Positions 47,801 to 60,217 of a stretch of 64,000 nucleotides of DNA are shown here, in pieces. The DNA is taken from contig NW_027362773.1 in assembly GCF_046119375.1 (NCBI RefSeq), positions 110,794,001-110,858,000 of the forward strand. Direction: 5' to 3'. A program made the translations under genes and the position numbers. The DNA is from Phyllobates terribilis. Its lineage: Eukaryota. Within the stretch, counting starts at the first letter, position 1, and the number at the start of each line of letters is the position of its first letter. Below the pieces are notes generated by a model that was not told the origin of the DNA, ran no database searches, and worked only from the letters and a program-made list of their open reading frames with translations.

Positions 47801-50800
47801 CTACTGACGGGTTCCCTTTAAAGAAGTTTAGGAAACTTCTCACCATTCAGTTTGTAATTGACAATTAATGCAGTGCATTGAATGAACTAAAGACAAATTA
47901 TCTATTTATTTTATAATATTTTTATATAATATTTTTTTTTTTTTTTTTTTTTGTGTAGCCCGACAGAACATATGAAATGAAGATCGGACAACCACCTGTG
48001 TCATACTACTTAAAAGCTGCTGCAGGAATTGAAAAAGGGGCATCAAAGACAGGTTTGTGTGTGTGTGTGACATTCTGGAGGTCAGACTAAAGGCCCCCAT
48101 ACACATGAGAGCGCTATCGACTGAACACTTGTCCAGCTGACCACTATCTCCCCCACATAAATGCTTAAAATGTAGCCTGCCCTGTATCCATGGGTACGAC
48201 CATTCATAGAGTGACAGTTAGTTGTTAGTGGTCATAACCATGGATACCTAAGCTACTGCAATCAGGTAAGCAACATGGCGAATCTGAAGAACTACACTAC
48301 ATTTCTAACTGGAGGTATTTGCTAATATTACACCTACATATTGGGATAGGATTTTGGAGATGGGAATACCCCTTAAGTCAGTAAAACATGAGATGTTCAG
48401 TAAGAAATGGCTTACATGCCTGTCTGAATGTCTCGTGTAATACCACTGCAGAAAGCTGTGGCGTGATTTCGGGCACGGCATACCCCCTGTAAATATCTTT
48501 TTCCATTCGTTTTTTTAACTCTGTCCTTTAAGCTAAAATAGTCACATCAGCTGCTTCACCATCTCCTGGTCCTTAACAGGCTGCAGCAGAGATGTCACGA
48601 CTACAGCGCATGTGACCACTGCAGCCAATGATTGAACATCACAGCTGAGACCTATCGTTAGTAGAAGCAGTCACTTGCGCTATAGTTGTGGCGTCACCGC
48701 TGCAGCCTGTCAACAATGATCGAAGCAGTGGCTGAGAGGCATCCCTGCCACTTGGTGAGTATAGCCTGTTCAGAAATAAAAATGAATCCCGGATAACCGC
48801 TTTTAGCAGTGTGGTTTTTTTTTTTTTTTTTTTTTTATACCTATAGCAAGCCCATGAGATTAAAAACGTATTAATAGGAAACCCCTTTGAAGGGTTAGTC
48901 CCAGAGAACCAAGTCTCCTGTGGACAGGGGACAACTTGCTGGTCTCTAGGAGCCCACCGGCACCACTACAGTGCAATCACAGGGTGTGAATGCAGTGATT
49001 TGGCAACCGAAGGCCTGACATTGGCTTCCATACCTGCCTTATCCTCAGTCTGTTAGATCCTGCTGGAGGCAGGGTCTAATAGGCTAATTGTCAGTCAAAC
49101 ACTGAGAGGTTAAACAATACACTGTGTACTACATAAGTGCGATCAAAGGATCAGATGTTGAAGTCCTCTTGTTGGACTAGTTAAATATTGTAAAATAAAA
49201 AAAATAAGAATAAAAATATCCAAAAGCCCGGTTTTTAATAATTAAAAAAATGGTCTATTTGTGGGGGGAAAAAAACATGTGTAATGGCCCGTTCTATAAA
49301 TCTGATATTTATCCTGCACGGTGAACACTATGGAAAAGATGTATGAAAAGCTATGCAATAATTACTGTTTTTGTTCATTTCGCCTCATAAAAGGGGATAA
49401 AAAGACTAATGTATGTCATTATGGTACCTATATAAACAACAAGCTAGTTATGCCAAAACAACTTGGTAAGGAGCTTCACCCCCCTCCTTAATCTAGGCTA
49501 CAAGAGAGATTTTATGTTAAGCACTAAAAATCCACTTTAGGGTCCGTGCCCACGATGCGTTTTTCAAGCATTTATGCTGCGGAATTTTTGCAGCGGAAAC
49601 GCTTGGTAAACCTTCCCCCATGGTCCCCAATGAAATTCCGCATTTTCAATGCCCATGCTGCGGATTTTTCCGCAGCGTTTTTGATGCGCTCAAAAATCTG
49701 CTGCACGTCCATTATTTGTGCGTTTACGCATGCGGAATTGCCATCTACAATGCATTAGAAAAACGCATGGCAATTCCGCATGTGCAAAACGCTTGAAAAA
49801 CACGTGTCAAATTCCGCACGCGTTTTTCCGGGCAAGGAGATGTGGAAATTTTCTGCATCGTGGGCACATAGCCTTACTCAGGTACTTCATTGGGAACAAA
49901 AAGACCGTAGGATGTCTTAAAGCAATACCCTCAGGTGGAAAAGTAGGACCAGAACCAAGCAAACTAGATGTCTTCAGGTAGTGGCCCAAGTGACTGCCTT
50001 CTGCAGCACCTGTCTGCTCATATCCGCTTCTAGAATGGTAGTTCACATCCAGCTAGAGAGAGTTGCCTTGGAGTCCGTGAAACCCCTGTGAGAACCGTCC
50101 GGGATGACAAATAAGGAATCCAAGTGCCCTAAGAAAGCGGTAACAGCCAAGTATAAGGGATGACTCTAAATACGTCCAGCTTGTTGAGGGACCTCTCTGT
50201 ATGATGAGCTGTGGAACAATAGGAAAGGAGGACTACTCTCATTGAGGTGGAAGGAGGGAACCACTTGAGGCCAGTACCCTCCTTTCTTTCCTAATACCAC
50301 CTTGTCCTTTTGGAGCACATAAGGTGTGAGCAACAAGAGAGGGTAGCCAGCTTGGAGTCCCATTTAGTGGAAGAAACTGCTAAAAAGAAGAGGCCACTTT
50401 CCAAGAAACAAGCTGCAGGGAAGCTTCCTTAAGAGTCTCTAAGAGAATTGACAGGCCCTCAGAAATGGGTTGAGATCCCACGAGGTACTGGAGGTCCGTA
50501 AAGAGGAACAGAGTGAGCAACGCTCAGTAGGAAGGTCTTAACCTGAGATTTCAATGGCAGGTTCCTCTGAAAAGGTTGGACAGTGTCAAATCTTGGCCCT
50601 TCGGGGAGTTGTGCACCAAATCCATTCAGACTGTAGAAAGGAGAAAGAGGTGGGTGCTATCTGTTTGGATTCACACCATCAGAAAAAGGCTTTCCAAGTG
50701 TGATGGTATATACAAAATGAGGGCTTGTGTACTTCACTTATGGTCTAGACTAACTGATCAGAGAGGCTAGAAGCCTTCAGAACATTGTCCGCAACAACCA

Positions 50801-53800
50801 AGCCATTACAGTTTTTGACCAGAGAGGACGCTGTGAAGCCGGGCTGAACGGTTAGGGAGGAACCATGGAATGCCTGCAACAAGGTTGCTCAGCACCGCGT
50901 GCCAGGACCTTCTGAGCCAATCTGGAGCCACAAACTAAACTGGATGTCCTACTGCCTTGATTTGCTTGAGAAGCCTGAGTAGCAGATAAAGGGAAATAAG
51001 AAATGTAGAGAAGGACAAATTGCAACCATGGGATCACCATAGGGTTAGGGGCAATGGTTGGAGAATCACGGATTCTGAACAAAAATTGTGGGACACTGGT
51101 TTGCGATGGGGCACCCCTGATGTCGACCTGATGAGGAATCACAATCTGGTGAAGACATGTGTATGAAGGGACCAGTATCCTGTGGGTAGTTGTTCGTGGC
51201 TGATGTAGTAATCAGGCCAGTTGTCTATTCCAGGAATGTGAAGGACTCGGTGTTCCACCTATGCGAAGATTGGAGAGGCCTTTCACATGGCCATCCGGCT
51301 GCATGTTATGCTTCGTTGATTAGCCTCAGCTGTGGCGTTGTTGATTTGGATGCAAATTGGGAGACCCAGAAGCTTGTGCTGCAATTAGAGAAGAGACAGC
51401 CAGATGGCTCTGAGCTCCAGGATGTTGATGGGCAAGCGGGTTTCTTGATGATTTCAGCATCCGTGAACCATGAGGTGGAGAAATGCTTCTCCCCCAACCC
51501 AATTGACTGCCATCTTTAGTCACTACTTGCCAGTGAATGGGGATAAAGGCGTAGTCCTTTTAGATTGGAGGTGTAGAGATCACCGTAAGAGGGGCTGCCT
51601 AACCAGTGGAGGCAGGCGGACAGGGACATCCAGACAGAGCGGAGATTTGTCCCTTATGGAAAGGAGAGCTAGCTGGTTTGTACTGGATCTGAACAAAGAG
51701 GTTGGCTTCTAGGAAGGCTACCAATTTGTCCAGGACCATCATGGAAAAGTGGAAAGGGTAAGGGGAAAGGCTCCTCAGAATCAGAACTGTCTAGCGTGTC
51801 CTTTTCTAATGTTTTTTTGAAGGAATACTCTCACCTCGGCAGTGTTGAAAAATATCCCTGGGAAGACAAGATGCTGAGATGGTTTGTATCTGATTATCCA
51901 GCCAAAACAAGATTGTGTCCATGGGGATCTGTAGCCATTTCAGGTTCTCTGTCTGAGAGCCTTGTAGAGGATGACCACAATTCCCTTGGCATACAGAAGG
52001 CCCATGACTGCAGCTACGACCTTCTGGAATAGATGGGGTGCTGTGGCTAGCCAGAAGAGAAGCGTAATGAACTGAAAATAAGCATTGTAGACCGCAAACC
52101 AAAGAAACCTTTGGTGATGGGGTAAACATTGGGATGCGGGGATACAGGTTATGGATATCCACTGAGGAGAGGGTTTGCCGTGTTCCATGAATTCTGAAAT
52201 GCTAAGTCAAACCCGTTAGAGAAAATTCAGATCCAAGATGGCTCTGATGGACCCATCTTTTTCAAAAAAAAAAAAAATATCACACACGTCGTCCATGATT
52301 CCTATGCCCTCACCCCTCCCCCTTCCCACCCCCTAATTAAGTGGCCAAGAAAAACCTATATAAATTTAGTATCTTTATTTTGCAGGGTGATACGATCATA
52401 ATGTGTCCAGTCTACCTAATGGTGAATAACTAATATATATTATCATTCATTCGGTACGGAAAGTATTCAGACCCCTTTAAATTTTTCACTCATTGTTTCA
52501 TTGCAGCCATTTGGTAAATTCTAAAGTTCATTTCATTTTTTTCCTCATTAAAGTACACTCTGCACCCCATCTAGACTGAAAAAAAAACAAAACAGAAATG
52601 TAGAAATTTTTGCAAATTTATTAAAAAAGAAAAACTGAAATATCACATGGTCATAAGTATTCAGACCCTTTGCTCAGTATTGAGTAGAAGCACCCTTTTG
52701 AGCTAGTACAGCCATGAGTCTTCTTGGGAATGATGCAACAAGTTTTTCACACCTGGATTTGGGGATCCTCTGCCATTCTTCCTTGCAGATCCTCTCCAGT
52801 TCCGTCAGGTTGGATGGTGAACGTTGGTGGACAGCCATTTTCAGGTCTCTCCAGAGATGCTCAATTGGGTTTAGGTCAGGGCTCTGGCTGGGCCAGTCAA
52901 GAATGATCACAAAGTTGTTCTGAAGCCACTCCTTTGTTTTTTTAGCTGTGTGCTTAGGGTCATTGTCTTGTTGGAAGGTGATCCTTTGGCCAAGTCTGAG
53001 ATCCAGAGCACTCTGGAAGAGGTTTTAATCCAGGATATCTCTGTACTTGGCCGCATTCATGTTTCCTTCAATTGCAACCAGTCGTCCTGTCCCTGCAGCT
53101 GAAAAACACCGCCATAGCATGATGCTGCCACCACCATGTTTCACTGTTGGGATTGTATTGGGCAGGTGATGAGGAGTGCCTTGTTTTCTCCACACATACC
53201 GCTTAGAATTATCACCAAAAAGTTCTTTCTTCGTCTCATCAAACCAGAGAATCTTATTTCTCTTAGTCTGTGAGTCCTTCATGTGCTTTTGAGCAAACTC
53301 TATGCGGGCTTTCATATGTCTTGCACTGAGGAGAGGCTTCTGTCAAGCCACTCTGCCGTAAAGGCCCGACTGGTGGAGGGCTGCAGTGATAGTTGACTTT
53401 GTGGAACTTTCTCCCATCACCCTACTGCATCTCTGGAGCTCAGCCACAGTGATCTTGGGGTTCTTCTTTACCTCTCTCACCAAGGCTGTTCTCCCACGAT
53501 TGCTCAGTTTGGCTGGACGGCCAGGTCTAGGAAGACTTCTGGAGGGCCCAAACTTCTTCCATTTAAGGATTATGGAGGCCATTGTGCTCTTAGGAACTTT
53601 GAGTAATGCAGAAATTCTTTTGTAACCTTGGCCAGATCTGTGCCTTGCCACAATTCTGTCTCTGAGCTCCTTGGGCAGTTTCTTTGAGCTCCTGATTCTC
53701 ATTTGGTCTGACATGCACTGTGAGCTGTGAGGTCTTATATAGACAGGTGTGTGCCTTTCCAAATCAAGTCCTATCAATTTAATTAAACACAGCTGGACTC

Positions 53801-56788
53801 CAATGAAGGAGTAGAACCATCTCAAGGAGGATCACAAGGAAATGGACAACACGTGACTTAAATATGAGTGTCTGAGCAAAAGGTCTGAATACTTATGACC
53901 ATGTGATAATATATAATTTACAGATGCTGTGTGGTTTTGTTAATTTTTTTTTGCCTCCCAATAGTGTATCAAAAATTAATCAATCACCTGTATCGCAAAA
54001 TGGTACCAATGAACGCAACAATTTTTCATGCAATGAAACAAGCTGACATACAGCTCCGCTAACTGCAGTGAGAAAATTGCAAATTGTATGGCTCTGGGGA
54101 ATATGGCAACACAAAGACAAATGTATTTTTTTTTCCAAAGCGTGTATTTTATTGTATATAAATTTTAAAATATAAAAACTATTTTTTAAAAAAGTTGGCT
54201 CCTGAAACCTGACAGTAGACAAAAAAAAAATGTTATGTCATAAAGGGCAAAACTTCAGCATTTAGGGGAAGGGGGAAAGGTTGGGTGTACAACTCCTTTA
54301 AAGAGAACCAGTCATAAGTGACCATTTTAGTGGTATTTTATTTCCATTGCTCACCTGTGTATTTCCCTTTTTAAAAAAAAATTAAATTTTTGAACCTTTT
54401 GTATTTTGTGCTGTGTATTTTTAATAAAGAAAGGGGGGGATAAGTATGCAGCTCATCCTAAAGACACACCCCCATAGAATCCTTTAAGAATCGCCTACTC
54501 GTTGGGGACAATAAAAGGTAGCACTAAATGGCTCACATCTCTGTAACCATATTGCGGATTTAAGAAAAAACAAAAAATGGCATTCTCCGGGGATCAGCAG
54601 GAGTAAAATAAGGACAAAAACTGCGCCACTTTAAACGGAGACTTATCACCAGGTCTAAAGTAATTTTCAGCTCCCTGTGGAATGACGAGAGTCTCCGGAT
54701 TATTCTCGGCTTGAATCTACTGAGATGATTCCTTTCTTATTTTGCTGTACAGTTTGTGCCCTCTGATGTCAGACGAGCTGAACGGTTATTTTTCATTGAT
54801 ATTTATTATCATGTTAATCGCTGACCTTCTTTAGTAAAAATCCGTATCCATGGGAACCAACTTATATGCATTCGTTTTCTCCATGGTAACTGGTGCTCCC
54901 TAGCAACATTGTAATTCATATTGTATCTCGGATTGCATCAACATGCTTGTAGTTTGTGCCAATTGTTTTGACAAATCATTGGACCCCCGCCGTTCATAAA
55001 TTTATTACCTGCGTCCTAAAGGCTGAAATGGGTTACACCCTAAGATTGTAATAATACTTTTTTTTTTCTTTTCATCACAATGCAGAAATATTGTTAATGA
55101 TTATTAAAAAAAATTCTTTTTTTTGTAGGTCAGGAGGTGGCAGGAATGGTGACACTTAAGCAAGTATATGAAATCGCTGTTGTGAAGTCTCAAGATGAAG
55201 CGTTCATTCTTCAGGATACGCCTCTGATTGAAGTGGTGAAATCAATTATTGGCAGCGCTCGATCACTGGGGATCAAAGTTGTTAAAGAGTAAGACATTCT
55301 CTGTCCCTCAGCTGTTACAACAGTGTTCATTAAGGATGGGCTAGGGTGCGGACCATGGTAATGTAATGTACTGTGCAGTGTTGCTGTGCAACCTGCAGCT
55401 CTCCAGCTTTCATCATGTCCCAACCATACCTGTGGGGTTATGGGAAACGTAAAATGTTCCCGCTTCAGTGATATTTTATCCTGAAAGTAGGGCATGTAAG
55501 TAGAAGTATGCAACTGTGATTTCCTCATCTCAAATAAAAGCCAACAACCATGGTGGGTATACCCCAACACCAAATGTCAATGTAGCAATAAATTGTCTTG
55601 TGGCTTTGAGCATCAATTACAGCTGGACAACGACGTCTCCTTCTGTTCACAACAGTGTAGAGTTATTGGCTGCTGAGGCATGGCATCCCACTCCTCTTGA
55701 AGGGTGGCCCTCAGGTCATTGACGTTCTGGGGTACAGAGTTAGGAGACCCTACACGGCCACTCTGCTGATTTCACAGGTTTTCTATGAGATTCAGGTCTG
55801 GAGAAAGTGCAGGCCGCTCCACTTGAGGTGCCCCTTGTGACGGGGTGTGCGACACAGCAGGAAGGGACTCCAGGCCGATGATCAATCCAACGAGATTTAT
55901 TGAGGCAGGGAAAATAGAACATCAAATATCGAGATTGTTCCTTTGAGTCCACACCAAAAGGGAATAGTTCCGGGGGCGCCACTCGGCAATCCGACGCCAG
56001 GGAAAAGGTAGAAATAATCCTGGGATGAGTTTGATGGATTCTAGTAGTAGGGGCTTGTCACAAAGTGTAGGGCAGTTCTGTATTGACTAGACACAACTGC
56101 CCACACTGACTCCACCACCAAAGGCTTGTCTGGTGACAACAGTGGCTGATGCATAGCGCTCTCCTTGACGTCCCCTACGTCACTGGTTTCCATAATTTCT
56201 GCTCAACGTGAATCGACTTTCATTCGTGAACAGCATAGATGCTCTCTGACCCATGCAAGATGATGACTCCTGTGCCTGGTGGTGTGGTCAGGTACCCTTG
56301 CTGGTCATCTAGCACTCAGACCACGCTGATGTGAACGGTTTTGAATGGTCTGACATGACACGTGGGTGCCTCTCACCTCCCTTATATGTGCCTGCAGTTG
56401 TGTGTCATTCATTATCCAATTCTAAAGAGCATTGTTCACAATGAAGCGATCATCCGTGTGGGATGTGTCCACTTCTCTGCCTTTCTGTGACTCTTCCAGT
56501 CTCTCTGTATCTCTGTTGTACTCTGCTGATGACTCTGTGACCCTCCAAGCTCAGTGGCCACGTCTGTCTGAGAACATCCTGCTTGAAGCCTCGCAATGGC
56601 GAGGTACTGCTGATTAATTGTAGGGTGTCGTCTTGGTCTCACGATGTCAAAATGTGAACAGCATGACTGTTTAATACCAATTCTAATTGAACCCCGAAAT
56701 GTATTGGGCGATTCATGGATCAAACACCTGTTGTGAATTTTTTCCATTTAGCCCCTTGTTAGAGAACAGCAAGTTGTGCAGTTGTTTT

Positions 56789-56834
<46 letters not shown>

Positions 56835-57216
56835 TACATGGTCAATTTAAAGGTCTTGTTCAGAAGTACATCTTGTCCTTCAAAAAAAAACAAGCTTTGA
56901 TGTGTCCGCATCAACAGAAATTTGTTTCTTTTTAAGTAAGTTATGACTCTTTGGAAGAAGGGAACAAATAATGAAAAGGGGTGGGAAGAGGTTAATGTAG
57001 CTTGACATTGTGTAGCAATTTCACGTTATTTTTCTGCATTCAAGTAACCTAATGGTGTGTTGCGGTATATTTACCTCTCATGGTTGACGGGTTTATTCTT
57101 TTTTCCTTAGTTTGTCTGCAGAGGATTATGGAAAGTTCCTAGAAGAGCGACAAGCTTTCCTTCAGGCTGCCGCAGAAGCACGAATAGCAGAAGAAGCTGC
57201 AGCGAAGAAGAAATGA
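44688..57216 (+). CDS. MRPL11: Mitochondrial ribosomal protein uL11m, 192 aa
   Basis: join(44688..44810,46541..46636,47959..48052,55129..55288,57111..57216) = 579 nt; [50 protein letters not shown] are L11 signatures. Confidence 0.97.
46541..46636 (+). CDS. MRPL11: MRPL11 coding exon 2
   Basis: [32 protein letters not shown]. Confidence 0.95.
47959..48052 (+). CDS. MRPL11: MRPL11 coding exon 3
   Basis: [31 protein letters not shown]. Confidence 0.95.
49540..49877. mobile_element. Harbinger-like MITE
   Basis: tta-GGGTCCGTGCCCACG...CGTGGGCACATAGCC-tta. Confidence 0.65.
50030..52265 (-). mobile_element. Degenerate DIRS1-like element (RT, RNase H/MT and YR remnants)
   Basis: Broken frames [21 protein letters not shown]...[19 protein letters not shown]...VVPSFHLNE and DSLFVIP parallel the intact element at 2941-8936; many stops. 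Confidence 0.8.
52450..53908 (-). mobile_element. Tc1-family DNA transposon, inactivated
   Basis: Transposase pieces: HTH 53343-53825, KILWFDETK 53025-53315, [15 protein letters not shown] 52674-52910. IR/DR-type terminal repeat with aagtattcagaccc motifs; the right repeat keeps only its inner part. Confidence 0.92.
55129..55288 (+). CDS. MRPL11: MRPL11 coding exon 4
   Basis: [22 protein letters not shown]...[14 protein letters not shown]. Confidence 0.95.
55640..56790 (-). mobile_element. Degenerate Tc1-like element (second family) with an internal insertion
   Basis: [26 protein letters not shown] remnant in ORF 56436-56747; further transposase-like sequence to about 55640. Confidence 0.65.
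55836..56062 (-). mobile_element. Short LTR-like insertion
   Basis: TGTGAC...GTCACA termini, AATAAA on minus; no TSD seen. Confidence 0.4.
57111..57216 (+). CDS. MRPL11: MRPL11 coding exon 5
   Basis: [34 protein letters not shown]. Confidence 0.93.
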
Positions 57217-57439
57217 TGTACTTGGAGGATATTTTTGAATATTTTAGGAACTTTAGATACATTTTTATTTTTTTTTTTTTATTTTATCTAAAACATACAC
57301 AAATAGCTGAATCAAAAAAAAGATGTCTTACATACACCGAAGCAATGACCTGGATGGCACGGGTGCCCTATGGGCAGACCCCCTGTTATGATGTACAGTT
57401 ACCCTAGCGGAACTGGCTTGTATATTTTTGGTTTATGAC

Positions 57440-57445
57440 AATAAA
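57440..57445 (+). terminator. MRPL11 polyadenylation signal
   Basis: AATAAA about 225 nt after the stop codon. Confidence 0.6.
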
Positions 57446-58199
57446 ATCCAAAAGTAATAACATTACACAAATTAACTTCCATCTACAATTACCCCAAGAA
57501 TATTTTACTCATATTTTTTTTACAAATATTTAGCTTGCACGTGATTCTCGCATAAACAGATAATTTACTACACCCTCACTAACCATTCTGCCCATCCTGG
57601 TGATTTTGCTAACCCCCACCAACACCACCACAAACTCATTGCAAATAAAGTGACTTTCGTACCTGCATTTGTATCTGTTGCATAACTGAAGCAAACTGAA
57701 TCGGGGACACCCCATTGATTTATTGAGTCAGTCTGGGTTTTGTTATTTTGTCTTCCTTTTCAAGAACAAAAAAAAAAAATGCAGCAAGCAAAACCTCTTT
57801 TTTTCTCCTTTGATATAAAAACAGGACTTAAAAAGAATCGGTTAGCGTTTTTGCTATTTAATCTGAGCGCGGCATGATGTAGGGGCAGAGAGCCTGATTC
57901 CAGCGATGTGTCACTTGTTCAGCAGGATGCTGTAGTTTCAAGATAAACAGGTGTGATTGAGGTTATACAGAGCTCCACATTCATAGCACTGCTATAGTTT
58001 GCAATGGAAAAGTTTACCACATGAATTCCATCTGTTTCGTAAAATGAAAAGTGTGAACGTAGCCTAATAACGTATTTTATTAACAAATTGTAATTGTTGA
58101 ATGTTGGGAGAGGGGGTGTGCCAGGCCTATACATGCACCCAATATATAGGTTCCTGCCTCTAGGAGGCTGAAAGGAAGCCTAAAATGTGTGAAGAGGTC

Positions 58200-58566
58200 A
58201 TATGCAAATTGCCTCTTCAGAGAGGAAGAGGACTTCAACTTTAGTGCCATGTGCTGGAAGTAGCAATTCTAAAAGTCAATATTGAGCAATACCACATGAC
58301 TTGGGATGAAAGCCAAATCAGAATAATTATTTGCAGACACATGTTTTGAGGAGTTGCCCCTCCTCAGTGCAAAGCAAGACCCTTACACCCCAATCAAGAG
58401 GCCGCTAATAGTAACAAATCAGATCTCTTGCTTTGCACTGAGAAGGGGCAAACACCCCGAACACATATCTGGGTTTGGCTTTTATTCCAAGTCATGTGAC
58501 CAGGCTCATTAAAGGGTCGATATTGAGTTTTAGGATTCCTACTTCCAATAGGTGACAATTTGCATG
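58200..58566. mobile_element. Foldback element with a degenerate hammerhead in each arm
   Basis: Inverted arms around a 46-nt spacer; CTGAGGA/CTGAGAA-GGGG...CCCC-GAA motifs at 58333-58370 (minus) and 58435-58471 (plus). Confidence 0.6.
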
Positions 58567-59709
58567 TTTAATTAACCCAGAGAATCATTGCACGGCCTAT
58601 AAGTCTCCTTACACCGGCATCTCAGCCACGTCACTCTCCGCAAGGAAAGACCACAGAAAAGTGGTGATAAGTAGCAGAGCCGTCCCATATGTGGGCATGG
58701 TCAAGGAAAAAGGGTGTAGCTATTCAAAAAGGGAAAATTATTGCATTGTTTCTTCGCTGGTCGTTCATGGGAAAAATTGACGCAAATTGAGTTTCTGGGT
58801 GCAGCTAGGTTTAGATCGATTATAGGCTGACTCTAAGTATGTAGAAAAAATTATGAATCAATAATATACGACACATTTCTAAGGTCTTATAAAATAAAAA
58901 TCGGGCTGTGCCCACATAGTCGTGAGACCTCTTCAGTCGGACATGAGCTGATACACATCATATAGCTCGCCTCTGAAGATAAACTGGCAGATCCTATTAC
59001 TTACACCCCACTGTTAGTTCATCTTTTGTACCTTGAGCCTCAGTTGGGCTGGGATTTTTATCCAGTTTTTTTTGTTGTTTTTTTTTCCTCCCCTTACCTG
59101 AATCTGGCCCATATGCCATTTTTACTGCCTCAATGTCTGTATGGCGTTTGCTATGGTGATTTGGTTATTATCTTTACACCATACAGTTCTACCTGATGTA
59201 GGGGGGAGATTGGCTAAGTGGTTAATACCATCTTCTTGCATCACTGGGATCGTTTTTATCCGATCGGGAGCCCCAGATTAGGATTTTTGTTCTCTTTTGT
59301 GCTTGTGAATTTCTTTTCCCACTGCTAAAAACGTAATAATTTGTTTCTTATGAATTTGTCTTTAGTGTGGATCAGATATGCTTCATTATAGAATCTAAGC
59401 TGTTGCGTGTTTCCAATAACAACCGGCAGAAATGTGACAATGGACTATAATTTCTCTCCTCTATCAATAAAGGACATGCACCTTGGCTATAAGCTCCTGC
59501 CTCACACAAGTTTTGGATCCTCCTCTAGTACTGAGCTAAAATTGTTTTACCATAAAGTCTGTTCTGCTGGATTCTTCTATTTTTTTTCCTCAGTTAATTG
59601 TTTTCTTTTTGTGTCCAAATGGGAACAATGCTATTTACATTCTACTCCGACCCCAGCAGGGCAAACATCGTCAACTCCACAGCACTGTTAAAACCCAATC
59701 CTGTGGTTG

Positions 59710-59751
59710 TATCCTGAGGGAGGAGTGTGATAACTTCGAAACGTGTCGATA
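59710..59751 (+). ncRNA. Minimal type I hammerhead-like motif (Penelope type), variant core
   Basis: TATC CTGAGGGA GGAG-tgtgataa-CTTC GAAAC GT GTC GATA, then ATTAAA. Confidence 0.5.
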
Positions 59752-60217
59752 TTAAAACTGCATTGCTTCACCCCTTGTGTATCTTGGATCCTTCATGTGG
59801 AGCTCAACCAGCAGCACAGAAAATCCTCTTTAAGACCCGATCAAAGAAGACGAGTGGGTCCAAAGCACCAGAGCCCAATAGAACTTCATTTTCCAGCCTA
59901 AACTTTATCCATTGTACCCTCAGAGAGCTTCCTTTTCCATACTGCTGTTCAACGCAATGTCCTCTCTGTCTGCCTGCCCAGGCCTTTTCCTTTCTAATTC
60001 TCTGCCTTCTTCTCCACACTCTTAGTTGGTGATGGCCTGCTGCACTTTTTATTCCCCACAGGCCAAATTTTTTTGCAACTTGATGAAGTAATTGACACAA
60101 ATTACCCCCCTCCTCTTCAACCTAAGGTGGGGGTACACGACCTCCTTTACTGCTATGATAGACTCCAGAGGTAAATCTTCCCATCAGAAGTATATTGGGG
60201 TCTTTCTATTATACTTG

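Noticed and set aside
58866-58940. Fifth hammerhead (minus: CTGAAGA GGTCT...AGACC tta GAAAT GT GTC)
   Set aside because: Extra bases before GAAA, a 37-nt stem II loop and no convincing stem I; at best a highly decayed remnant.
59804-60100. 98-aa minus-strand ORF as a gene or LINE fragment
   Set aside because: No recognisable motif or splice context.
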